From: Sphagnum compactum
Taxonomy: Eukaryota
Direction of reading: 5' to 3'
Assembly: GCA_965153455.1 (NCBI GenBank)
Contig: OZ234493.1
Coordinates: 3,534,001-3,598,000 of the forward strand
Length of the DNA: 64,000 nucleotides
This document shows, in pieces, positions 25,201-36,690 of this stretch. How positions within the stretch are numbered: position 1 is the stretch's first letter; each line of letters opens with the position of its first letter. The notes beneath the pieces were generated by a model, which saw only the letters and a program-made list of their open reading frames with translations, made no database searches and was not told the DNA's origin. A program made the position numbers and the translations under genes.

Positions 25201-28200
25201 GGCCATTTTACTTGATAATTGTATCTATAAATGTGTGATTTTTAAAATTCAAAATTCAAAATTACTATTTTTGTTTTGTAAGGTTATTCACATGCACAAT
25301 TCAACAATGTGATTAATTTATCTATTTTAATCAATATATAATTTGAATGATGTAAAATTATTGTTTTTATTGATTATTGAAGAATAAAAAAATTATTATG
25401 AATTATGTGGGTCCATTTAACAACAATTAATGTATTGATGCCAATGAAGATTTTTTAAAAGAATCAAAAGTGCCGATTCAAAAATCTCAATTGAATGAAT
25501 TAAATTGAAGTTTATTAATTGACTAGATTCTAATACTTAATTTCTAAAATTAAGTTTCATACTTAATACATTTCAAAATCTTCCATTAGAAACGAATTTT
25601 TTTGTGTGGCAATTTTTTTGGAAATTTTGATATTTTGTCAATTATTCTTTTTTTTAAAATGTGAATTTTTAATTAAAAAAATCACCATGTTTTAACACAT
25701 TGTTCCATGAAGTAATCATGATATAGAAATGTTTTATAAATTTCTACTTTCATTGTTGGTCTATAACCAAATGTGGCTAAATCTCCTTGTCAATAATCGT
25801 TGTTGTGGTAACAATATCAGAAAATTGATTATTTTTTTATAAGAATACAATATTAAGCAAAACTTAAAATTGAATACAAGTCTTTACTAGGGTTTATAAA
25901 AAAACCAAGAACCTGTTACAGGAAAGCAACCAACAAGATTCAAACCATAACTTGCAAAACATATAAACTATGGATAATATAAATGTAAAACATAAAAAAG
26001 TCGATTTTCTTTTGTTACAAATTTGAAAAAATCACACAAAACACACATGACAAACTTTTTAGCATTCAAAAATATTAAACTAATTCTTGTGCATTTGGGC
26101 ATAATTGATGAGTTCCTCAACATGGCTTAAAAAAAACAATGAAGATTGATAATGCAAAGCGCTACCAAAAAAAAATTTAGTGTATTTTGAAGGTTATGTT
26201 ATAAAGCAAAATGGTTTACCCACAATACATGAGATGCTATTAATTTGGCTATTGAGTTCATTTGTAAATTTAGGCTCATATAAAGAAATGATCAAATCTA
26301 GATGGAAGGATTGTGTGACTTTAAATCCTAGATTGAAGGCATTTGATGATAAATTCTAGATGGAGGCTATGCGAGCCAATACAATAAAGTCTGCTGTTTA
26401 AGTGGTCACCATCCCAAGAATGTACTTGATATTTATCTTGATGTTGAATTAGAAGAGTATGAGTCATTGTCTAACAAATCTTCACATCTCCATGACTTGA
26501 ATAAATTTTAATTTATTTTATCTTCACTAATTTTTAATTCAAATAATTTATGAATGTGAAAACATCTAGATGTTTGTTTATGATACTTGCATGTGTGAAT
26601 CATGTTCACTTACTCAAATGTTCCAATGCAAGCAACAATTTCATGAAATTGGGCAACTTCTATTAACATTTGAATTTTTTGAAAAAAAATTAGACAATTT
26701 CCAAACATATTTCTCCACAATGAAACACCATAAAATTTCAATTTTTTAATGTTGCATCATTGGCTAGCATCCCAAGAGTCTTGGGATTTAACATTTAAAG
26801 TTGACATGTTTTTAAAACGTGTATAAATAGTTACAACAAAAAACACGACTTGACTGAACCAACACCCACCAATGCACCAGTTGTGGATGAGACTATTTTG
26901 GCCATTTTGGGATGAACCCAAACCATTTAATCTAAACCAAACCAAAGATTGAGTTGGGGTTTTTTTTTCTTCTTTTCATTGGCCCACCTTTCCTTGAAAT
27001 TTCAAAAAAATTCCCCCCTTTTCTTCCCTCCTCTTCCTTCTTCTCCTTTTTTGTTCTTTCTTTCTTCTTCTTCTTTTCCATTGTTGCTCTAGCTTTTTCT
27101 TCATCAAAATTTTCCTTTTTTTTTTACTGCTATAATTATTATTATTATTTCTTCTCTTTTGTTTCTTGTCATCATTTTTGTTGCTACTTTAGTTTTTTTT
27201 TCATCTTTTGTTTCTTTGTTTTCCTCTATTGTTACAACTTTTTCATCATTTTGTTCATTTTTTGTTTTCCTTCTTCCTATTCAATCATTTTCTTTTTTTT
27301 CATCACATCATTGCACTTGCTACCATTTCTTGTCGCATCATCATTAGTTACACACATCACACAAGGTATCCCTTTATCCTTTTCTTTGTTTCTTTTTTTT
27401 GTTTTGGTTTGAAAGTAGAAGCAAAAAGGGAACGTAAGAAAAAGAAAGAGAAGAAGACAAAAGAATAAAAAAGAAGGAAATGGAAATTAAAAAATAAAGA
27501 AGATGAAAAGAAAAAAAATAGAAAACAAAGAGTGTTTTTGTTTTTTTCTAGTTTTTCTAGTTTTTTCTACTTCTAAAATTCTAGAACAAGTTTCTTTTCT
27601 TTTCTTTTTTTTTTTTTCTTGAAGATTTTTTTTGCTTGTTATTATTAATTCAAGAAAAAGAATTCTAGTTTTCGTTTCTTTTTCATTGCTTTGTTTTCTT
27701 TTTTCTTTTTTTGTTTCTTTAAGAATATGAAGATTTTTTGCGTTTTTTGGCCCTATTTTTCCATTTTTTTGTTTCCTAGATGTTAGAAGAATTTTTTTTC
27801 TTTTATTATGTTTGTCCTAGAAACTGCTTTTGTTTTCCCCCTATTTTCCTATTCTTTTTGGTCTTCAAAATTCCAAAAGATGAAGTTTGTTTTTCTATTT
27901 CCTTTATTTCTAATTTTCAATTACTTTCCCCAATTTTTCTTTTTGTTTAAAATCTAGTAGACTACATATGTTCATACCCATGTAATTTTTGGGTTTTGGT
28001 TTATATCTTTCAAATTTGCATATTAACATATATCATGTGTTTAATGCAAACTTTGAATAACTATGAAATATCGATTTGTAACCAATGTCATTCAACTCTA
28101 ATTGTATCATTGTCAACTTTAGACTTGTCAACATCCTATTAAGGTGGTTACAATAACAAGAACTTATTGATGAACAGATGACATGGCGGCTAATGAAAAT

Positions 28201-29319
28201 AGGTTTAGAAAGGTGTCACTTGAGGTTAGAAAATAGCACGCATATCTTACTTAGGTTTCTTTGGCATAAACAATGGCATGGAGTTCACATTTTCCATTTT
28301 TTGGACATTTTAAAAAGTTTTGATAGATGTGATGTTTGCATCAATACATACAAGTTTTGTTTTACTACAATTGGTTTACATGCTTTGAATGTGAGCATTG
28401 CATTAATACTTTGTTGAAATTTTCTTTAAAAATACAAGTTTGAAACATATTACAATGTTACATTATTGCATTAAAAGAACTTTTAAAACATAAAGCTCAA
28501 GATGAAATACTTGCATAAGGGTCACAAAATAAACAATAATTTTGTTAAAATGATTTTGTGATACCCACATTTAAAGCATAAAATGTCGGTTAGTTTATTT
28601 TTGGATGGTTTGTGCAATTCCCAAATGTTGGGCATAAAATATGCATGTTCAATGAAAATAATGATGACAATTAAAAATAAAATAAAATAGAAGAATTAGA
28701 CTAATTGTAATAAATAATAAAATAAAATAATTTATAAGAAGAAATTAAGAAAACAAAATAAAAGGAGAAAAAGTTAAAAAATTAGAAAAAAATAATGAAG
28801 AAGAAGAAAAGAAAATAGAAAATAATTTAGAAAAAAAAAAATCCAAAAGGGAAAAAAAAAAATGCTTGCATTTTGGTCACAAAATATGTAATAATTTTTG
28901 AGGTGTATTGTATTTGAAATGACATTGTTTTCATATGTGGGTATTGTATTTTGTGATTAGATTTTCAACTATTTTAAATTTTAACGACAACTACCAAAAT
29001 ATGCAATACCTATGTGTGGGTCACCAAAGTTGATCAAACATGCAATACCTGCATTTAGGGTTGCCATTTATTGACATCAAGGGGTCAAATATGATTTAAA
29101 TGGTTGTTCGTTCATTTAGTGCAATACCTTCATATTTTGTATATCATACATTGGCAAACATTAACATCGTGTAAATGATAGGTAGGTAGGTGAGTGGGGG
29201 TGGGTAGGTAAGTAAATAAATATGTAAGTAGGTTGGTGGCTAAACAAGTAATATGTACACAAATAAAAAACAAGTCAGGTCAATAATGTAATTATGTCAA
29301 TAAGATGGTTAAGTGCATA

Positions 29320-29970
29320 GGGTAGCCAAAAGTTTTGTTAAAAGATTTTGTTGAAAAATAGTCTTTAAGTTAATTCAAGAAAATATAAAAGTTTTTTTAA
29401 AAGATAAAAATTTAACTAAGAAAAGATGGAAGTTTTGCCAAAAGGTATAGGTTTAGATAGGAAGAATTAAAAGTTTTTCCAATTTTGTAGAGGCTTACTT
29501 AAAAAGAGATAGAGGTTTTACTAAGAGGTAAAATTTTAGCCCAAAAAAAAAAAGAGTTTTGCCAAGAGGTAGAGGTTTAGCCAAGAAGAATTCAAATTTT
29601 TTTCAAGTGGTAGAAGTCTAGGCAAGAAAATATAAAGGTTTTGTTGAAAGGTAAAAATTTAACTGAAAAGAAATTAAGGTTTTACCAAGAGATAAAAGTT
29701 CAATCAAGAATAAATAGAACTTTTGCCAACATGTAATGGTATAGCCATGAAGAGATGGAGGTTTTGTTAAAAGATATAGGTTTAGCCAAGAAAAGTTAGA
29801 ATTTTTTCCAAAAGATACATATTTAGCTATAAAATTATATAAATTTTGTTGAAATTTGCCAAGAGATAGATGTTTAGCTAAAAAGATATAGAAATTTTGT
29901 CAACATGTAAATGTTTAAGCACAAAGAGATGGAGGTTTAGCCAAAAAGAGTTAGAAGTTGTGCCAAAAGG
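29320..29970. repeat. Degenerate tandem array with a period of about 20-22 bp
   Basis: Recurrent variants of agaggtttagccaag and aagttttgccaaga. Confidence 0.7.
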
Positions 29971-30079
29971 ATATCATGGGGGAATATTTCCCTTCAATTT
30001 TTGAGGAAATTTCGTGGAAAGAAACAAAACACTTAGGCACTTACTTGTTGAGCAAAGTTGTTACGGTGGGTACATCGTT

Positions 30080-30650
30080 CTGTAGTGTCTCTCTTTCTGT
30101 CGCTCTGTGTCTCTTACAGACAGAGCCACTGAAGAAAGTACCTTCCTTGGGGGATTGACAAAGGGACAAACAAAAAAGGAGCCGCAAGATCGATGTGTGG
30201 GGGCGCAAAAAGTCAAAAAAAACACACACACAAAGAAATAAAAAGAAAGAGAGCGCTGCCGCTTTCGCTTAGACGAGAGGTTGGGTGCGCCAGGCAGTGT
30301 ACCTATCTATGTACTTTCGAGAGGATCTCTGACGACCGGCGACGGAGAGAGAGAGAGAGAGAGAAAGCGAGAGAGAGAGAGAGAGAGAGAGAGCCTCTGA
30401 TTTCGGAATAGTGGGCTATTTTCTTCCTTCGTTACAGGGCGGTGGAGTAGGCGTGAAGTAGCGTGGGTTTCTGATTTTTGGCGTGCAAGTCTTCTCTTTT
30501 CTCGTCAGGAATTCTCTGCACTTGTCAAGTACGTCAGTGTCGCTGCATGCTCTCTTTCTCTCTTTTTTCTTCCTTCCTTCCTTCATCAAGAAGAGTCTAA
30601 CGAAGGAAGGAAGAGGATGATGATAATGAGGAGGAGTAAGTACTTCGTTA
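30080..30650. promoter_or_regulatory. Promoter-like GC/CpG-retaining island with a (GA)n tract and no recognisable CDS
   Basis: Abrupt rise in GC and CpG content, a GA tract at about 30345-30392 and CT-rich tracts, resembling the 5' ends of the three genes in this window. Confidence 0.4.
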
Positions 30651-31284
30651 GTCTTGCACAGTGTTGTCTTTTTGTTCAATTTTTATGATAATAGCCAAAG
30701 TGGCAATGACCCCATAGGAAGAAGATTTGATTTAGCCAGATTGGGTTACAAGCTTCTTATATATTTTTGGCTACCTACTTGATCATGGGTACAAAAATCT
30801 GAAGTTTTTTTAATTCCCTAAAATTTGGTCAAAATTTCTGGGTATTGAAAATCTTTAAAATGCACTTAAATTTTGCTCTTTTAATTGTCGATTAATATAG
30901 ATTTTTGGCTATACACACACACACACACATTATTATATATATTAAAGGAACAAAGTAGCTTCCCCTGACTCCGGACGGACAGTAGCTACGGACAGTAGCT
31001 AAATATAGCGAGGACGTCAAGTCGAAGGGTGGGACAATGTGTCCTGCATGTCGCAGCAACACACGCAGTGGGTGTCCATGTCTGTTATACAGAGAACTGC
31101 AGTTGTGCTCAGACAGACAGAGTTCCTTCCACATGTGTCCCCAGTTTACAAAACATTCCAATTTTTATTGTACCCATTTTGTGTCCATAAATAAAATAAA
31201 TAAATAAATAACATATATATATATATATATATATATGCCCTCACTGAGTAGCTGCTGGTTATCATGAAGAAAAACAAAAACAAA

Positions 31285-31612
31285 AAAAAAAAACAAGGGG
31301 TGTGTCGCATTGTGGCCTTTCCATTTATTTACATTAAAAAATATCTTAAGGTAAAAGAAGAATTCTGGAAATTCAAATATTTTTTCACCATGCAAAAATA
31401 TAATCTTCAAAAAATATATAATGCTCTGAAAGAAACCAAAATCCTTCAAAAATATCACAACTCTATAACTAATCTCAAGTTTCAACAAAACCCAAAATAT
31501 CATCTTTCAAAAAAATCCTCATAGAAAAAAAATAGACCTATTATTATTTATTACCTAGTATGGGCCTATAAAAATCCCTTAAGCTACTATACTATATAAT
31601 GAATCTAAACAT
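31285..31612. repeat. Dispersed repeat, copy 2 (empty site for the CACTA MITE)
   Basis: Same blocks and orientation as 11155-11605, without the 136-bp insert. Confidence 0.8.
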
Positions 31613-31921
31613 GATGGGGTAGGCAAGGTGAACATATATGATGATGGGTTTTTCGAAAAAGTGTAAATTTTAAAAACCTGAAAAGAAAAATACATTATCA
31701 TTCAACGAGGGTGAAGCTGAGATTTTTTTCCCTCGCTCGCTGCTACATATATTTTCACTGCTCCTACCTGTACAGATATTATAACTCTCTCGAAGCTTGC
31801 GCATTAAAATGCTGAGTTCCAGCAGTTCATACTGAGATTTAATAAAATTTCCTTACTTTACAGGTACCACTGAGATAGGGGTTAGCAAGTGAAAGGAGGC
31901 CCAAAGCTAGCGTGAAGACTG

Positions 31922-31981
31922 GGTGAATTTACGCGTTTCTCTAATGTAACAGGTGAATTTACGGGTTTCTCTAATGTAACA
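31922..31981. repeat. 30-bp tandem duplication
   Basis: ggtgaatttacg(c/g)gtttctctaatgtaaca occurs twice. Confidence 0.9.
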
Positions 31982-32818
31982 AGCTTCGATCAAGTGACCC
32001 TGTTTTACAATACCAAGTGGAGGAAAAATATTGTTAGGGAAGGTGCCTTCCGATTTTTTCTTACTTTAATGTTATAAGAATAATTCTCATATAATGTACC
32101 AAGCTTGTATCAAGCGACTGTTGGGGTAAAGTTAGCAGAACACGAGTTTGATTAATGAGTGTAGGGCTTTTATGGAAGTTTTGAGGTTAACCAAAGAGTC
32201 TCAAGGGATTTGGTTAGTATCTTGACCTTATTCTTGCAAGACTAGATGGGTTGATGGCCTAGTTAAGTTAAGGAAGGGGGTAGGTGGGTTGGAGTAGGAT
32301 AAGAATGGATGCATTATCCTAGTCCAGCCGGGGTAAGCCTGTTGGATAAGAAGGTTCAGATAAGGGAGAGGTGTGGATTTCTTAGAACCTTTTAGCAATT
32401 ATGGTTAAGTCAAGAACGTGAGGATGACGTCTCTTTGGAGTTGTGAAAGAGCATGAGGGTGGTTGTTGATCTTCCTTCCTTTTCCCCAAGTGTGTGAGAC
32501 ATAAAGGAGTGTGAGAAGGAAGGAATGATGATGTTATTAGAAGGATGGGGAGATGGTGTTGTGAGCATCATGAGAGGTTGAAGAGGTGGGAAAGGAAGGA
32601 GGCTGGATCATCACGAAGAAACAAGCTTCTCAAAATGCAATTTAATCAACATGTGTTTTAGGAAGTGGGGGTAAGAACCTCAAGTGGTGGGGGCTGGCGG
32701 TTGTTGAAAGGGAGGTGGTCATAATGCATGATGGCTGGAAGTGAATGGGAGGGCCAAGAAGAGAGGTACCTGAACCTATTGTTGAAGTTGGAAGATAGGA
32801 ATAAAAAAGGTGGAGATG

Positions 32819-34528
32819 TGACACACCCCCAAACTCCTTGAAAAATTCAAATGTGAATCTAAAAGTGAAAACAATGGAAGGACTTGGCGTACATTAATTA
32901 GGTTGCAACGCTTTGGGGGTAAGAAGGGCGTGCTGGAAATCTAAGATTGGGATTAGGACGAGTGATAAGCGAATCAATTATTCATATAAACTTGCACAAA
33001 CTAAAAAACAAGTTAGTTAATGCGTAATTGGAACACTTTTGTTATATGGGAAATCACGGACATACATAGACTCACAAGACTCACCACGGCCCGGATTTGG
33101 GGGAAGCCACCACTTTTCCCCTTATAGTATTCTTTGTGACAAGACATGAGGGTTGTACCCAAATGTCATTTTTTTGGGACTCCCAAGTTGGGAGTTTTGA
33201 AATTCCTGAATTTGGAACTCGCACCTCTTTGGAAGCCCACAATGTTTTGTGTAAACCTTCGATTGAGGTGAGGTTTAAAGCAAAGTTGTAGCCCTTGTCG
33301 AGAGCTTTCCAATGATATGTGGCACAACACTTGCACACACCTAATTCAAGGTGATTCCTGACTTCTAGTGGTCAAGAGTCAAATTGACACTTTGACTTTC
33401 GGCCCTTTTTTTGGCCATAACTTGTGCTGTAAGTACTCAAGTGGATCATGCGAGCCCATTTTAGACATTTACGTCTTTAAAAAAATTCCATGGTATAAGG
33501 AAGTTTTCAATCCAATGAGTTTTGACCCCTCAAATTGCTCTTTGTCGCAACCCTACTTTGAGAGAGTGTGAGGATGAGACTCACACTCCCGAAATGGGGA
33601 CTTGGGAATTCTCCGGGATTCCCGAAACTTCAGAGTTCGATTGCAGGGGTCAAAACACATTGCATTGAAAAGTTTTTCATATCATTGGAAAGCTATTGAA
33701 GTGTAGATGTCGAAAATGGGCTTGCATGAGTCATTTGCACATCTGCAGCACAAGTTATGGCCAAAAGAAGGCCGGGAGTCAAACTGGCAGTTTGACTCCC
33801 GACCACTAAAAGTCGGGAATCGACCTGACCCCGGTGCGTGCAGGTAATGTGCGACACATTGTTGGTGCGACACATTGTTGAAAAGCTCTCGACGAAAGCT
33901 ACAACTTTGCTTTAGACCTTGTCCCAATTGGAGGTCTGAGCAAAGAGTTATAGTCTCGCAAAGTTGCGAGAGTCTAAACCGGGACAGTTTCGGGACTCCT
34001 CCTTGGGAGTCTCGGGACAAAAAGGCAGTCGGATGTAGGCTCCGCAGAGAGATGCAGAAAATACTATATGGGGGAAGGTGGTGGCTTCCCCCGAGTCCGG
34101 GCCATGGTGAGTCTTGTGAGTCCAGAGTTGCCCATGGCTTGTCTTAGCACTAAAGGTGATCCAGAAAGTGAGTAACTAAAGCTTGTCACTCTTCCTAGTC
34201 CCATCCCGGAGCCTCAACATGCCCCTCTACCCCTTTTAGTGTTGAAAGCTGGGAGTGTGCCCCGAGTTCCTCACAATTCCGTTGTTTAAGTAACTTAGAC
34301 CCATCTTGGGTCTAACTAGGAACTTGGGAGCACATCACTCTTTGAAAATTCCAGACTCCATAAGGACTCTAATTCGCAAAGTGGGAGTTCACTTAGGAGT
34401 GTGTGGGCTCATTCCCTCACACTTTCTCGCACTCTTAGGAATGTGAATGTGACACTCGGTTTACCCTCTCGGCCTGCACCTTTCCATGCCCTTACCTTGG
34501 TTGCAAGCCCAAAGTTAAGGTCGTGACA
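32819..34528 (-). mobile_element. Solo LTR (about 910 bp once the nested insert is removed) of an LTR retrotransposon
   Basis: Termini TG(ACACACCCCC)...(GTCGTGA)CA, flanked by a perfect 5-bp TSD AGATG (32814-32818 and 34529-34533). No gag/pol sequence. Strand is given relative to the nested copy. Confidence 0.85.
33543..34337 (+). mobile_element. 795-bp solo LTR nested in opposite orientation within a related solo LTR
   Basis: Termini TGTCGCAACCC...CACATCA with a perfect TSD CTCTT (33538-33542 and 34338-34342). The segment ggggaaggtggtggcttcccccgagtccgggccatggtgagtcttgtgag is a near reverse complement of the outer element at about 33071-33121. Confidence 0.88.
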
Positions 34529-36513
34529 AGATGGAACTGTTTTTGGGTGGGGGAAGTTGTGATAAGATTAGGTTGAAGAAAGGGGTTACCTCTGAGAAGA
34601 AGAAGAGCGGGTGTGAAAAAACAATTGTGTGTGTAAGAGCTTTTTATGAGGTGTTGATAGTTGTAGAACTAACAAGTGTGGTCAGGGAGGGACCAAAGGA
34701 AGGTTATGATTAGGAGAGAGTTAGGAATAAGATTGGAATTACTAGAACCTTTAAGCAATGCATCATTCTTGTTTTTTGAAGGTGTGATGAATGTGGTTAC
34801 AAAAGCTTGTCGGATTGTATGATCATTGATGTAGAAAGAAGAAGATGCATGAGTATATTAGGGTTGCCATGGTTAATGAATTAAAAAAAGAATTGGTAGA
34901 AGATGGCGAGGTTTGTTATCAGCAACAACCAGGAGAAGGGAAATTAAAATCAAGAAAACTAAAGAATATAAAAGAGCTTAAAAGAAAAAGGAAGGGGCTA
35001 TGGGTTGCAATACATAAGAAAATAAACTAGGAAGAGGGAAAGGGGGAGAGAAAAGGAAGGTTACAGAAGAAGGTTAAGAGTTGTTTGGGAATTAGGGGAA
35101 GTTATTAAGGTAGAATTGAGGATTTAAGGAAGTAGAAGCTAAGTTGTAACATGTGATTCCCCCCTTTGACATATCCAAGGGGGTAAGGGGAAAGGACCCA
35201 GGAAAAGGTGTTAGAGGTGTTTTAAATTTGCGTTTAACAACAACCACTAATGTTAGTACCAACATGAGTAGATGAGTAATGAGCCCCTATGCCATTGGCC
35301 CAAGTATATTAACTTCATGTAAGATCACCCATCTCAATACTATTGCAATCAAAGTGGCTTAACTTTAGAGTTCTTAAGAAACCTTGTTATGTTAAACCAT
35401 TTAAAGAATTTTACATAATTTTCAATAAAAACAAAAATTCAAATACTTTTGCTCTTGGTTTGAAAAGTGTGAAAAAAAGAAGGTACATTGCTCATTGAGG
35501 GCTTTCTAGTAGTATCAAAAGCAAAGTGAGAGGCTTCATGGTTTGGGAAGGTTATGACCAATGTTGGTGGGTTCTTTGGTGTGAATCCTATTGAGAGGTG
35601 GGGGTGGGGGAGGGAGGAAGAAGGTAGTTCAAGTCCTTGCGACCCAGACCTAATTGACACCTTTTTTTGGTGGGACTAGGACAAGAACTGGACAATGGAA
35701 CTAGTGTTTTATTAAAATCAAAATTGATGTTAAATTGATTTTATTTATTTTTTAACGCACATTATAATAAAGTGTGATTTTTCCAACATCAATAGGCCAT
35801 GACTCACAACATATATGTGAGATAAACCTTGTGGTTTCAGCCGTCGCAATGTAAAATCATATAATAACGTAATTTGACATTTGTCAAATATGTAGCAAAA
35901 TTGTATACCAACATGCACTATTAGTGTAATACATGTTACGATAAACATCACAGATTTTACATTGTGATGAATGAAACCACAAAGTTTATCTCACACATGC
36001 GTCACAAACCATGGCTTATAAATGTATGAAAAAACACATTTTGTTTGGTAACAACGTGTTCCCAATTCTTTAAATAAGGAAGTTGAACTTTTTTTGAAAA
36101 GTTAACAAGTGGGCTAAACATTATAAATAATTGATTAATTTTAATTAGTTGTAGAACTCTATACCTATACAATCTTTAGACTATCTTGGGAGAGTGTATT
36201 GTGTACATGTAATCAAACTTGGTTTTTAAATGGGGCCCATAGGATTTTGAATTTGAATTCTTTTAATCAAAATCAGAATTACTAGGTTAAAGTTTTTGAA
36301 AAGCCAAGCACAAACTCACACCCAAAAAAGAATTTTTGAAAAAATCAATGTCAAAACCAAGACCAAAGGTTCTCTTACAAAAAGAAAAAACCGATCCACA
36401 TTATTGAATATAATGTGATCATATCCAAACAAACAAAAACCTATCCTAATATATAGATACCCATAACAATTCTCCATACCCGTGCAACTATGATATAACA
36501 GCTCCAAATTATC

Positions 36514-36690
36514 CGGGTGTGATGGCTCACTGGTATACCCCATTCTGGAACCTCAAGAAGGTCTCGGGTTCTCAAACCCAGTGGTGTGCATAGGTGAAAC
36601 TCATGCTGGCCCCCTCTGCCAAGGAGCTTGACTTCAAGGGTGCCACAATGGCTTGTCAAGTCAGGTTTAAACCCTAAACCTTAAATCCCA
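36514..36690 (+). mobile_element. Putative tRNA-derived SINE
   Basis: A-box-like TGGCTCACTGG (36523-36533) and B-box-like GGTTCtcAAACCC (36567-36579) at tRNA-like spacing, in a GC-richer patch. No intact cloverleaf. Ends in a taaaccctaaacc tail. Confidence 0.5.

Noticed and set aside
26954-27468. 152-aa Phe-rich ORF resembling a membrane protein
   Set aside because: Low-complexity T-rich DNA with no splice or domain support.
33081-34147. ORFs inside the solo LTRs
   Set aside because: They lie within non-coding LTR sequence and show no gag or pol motifs.
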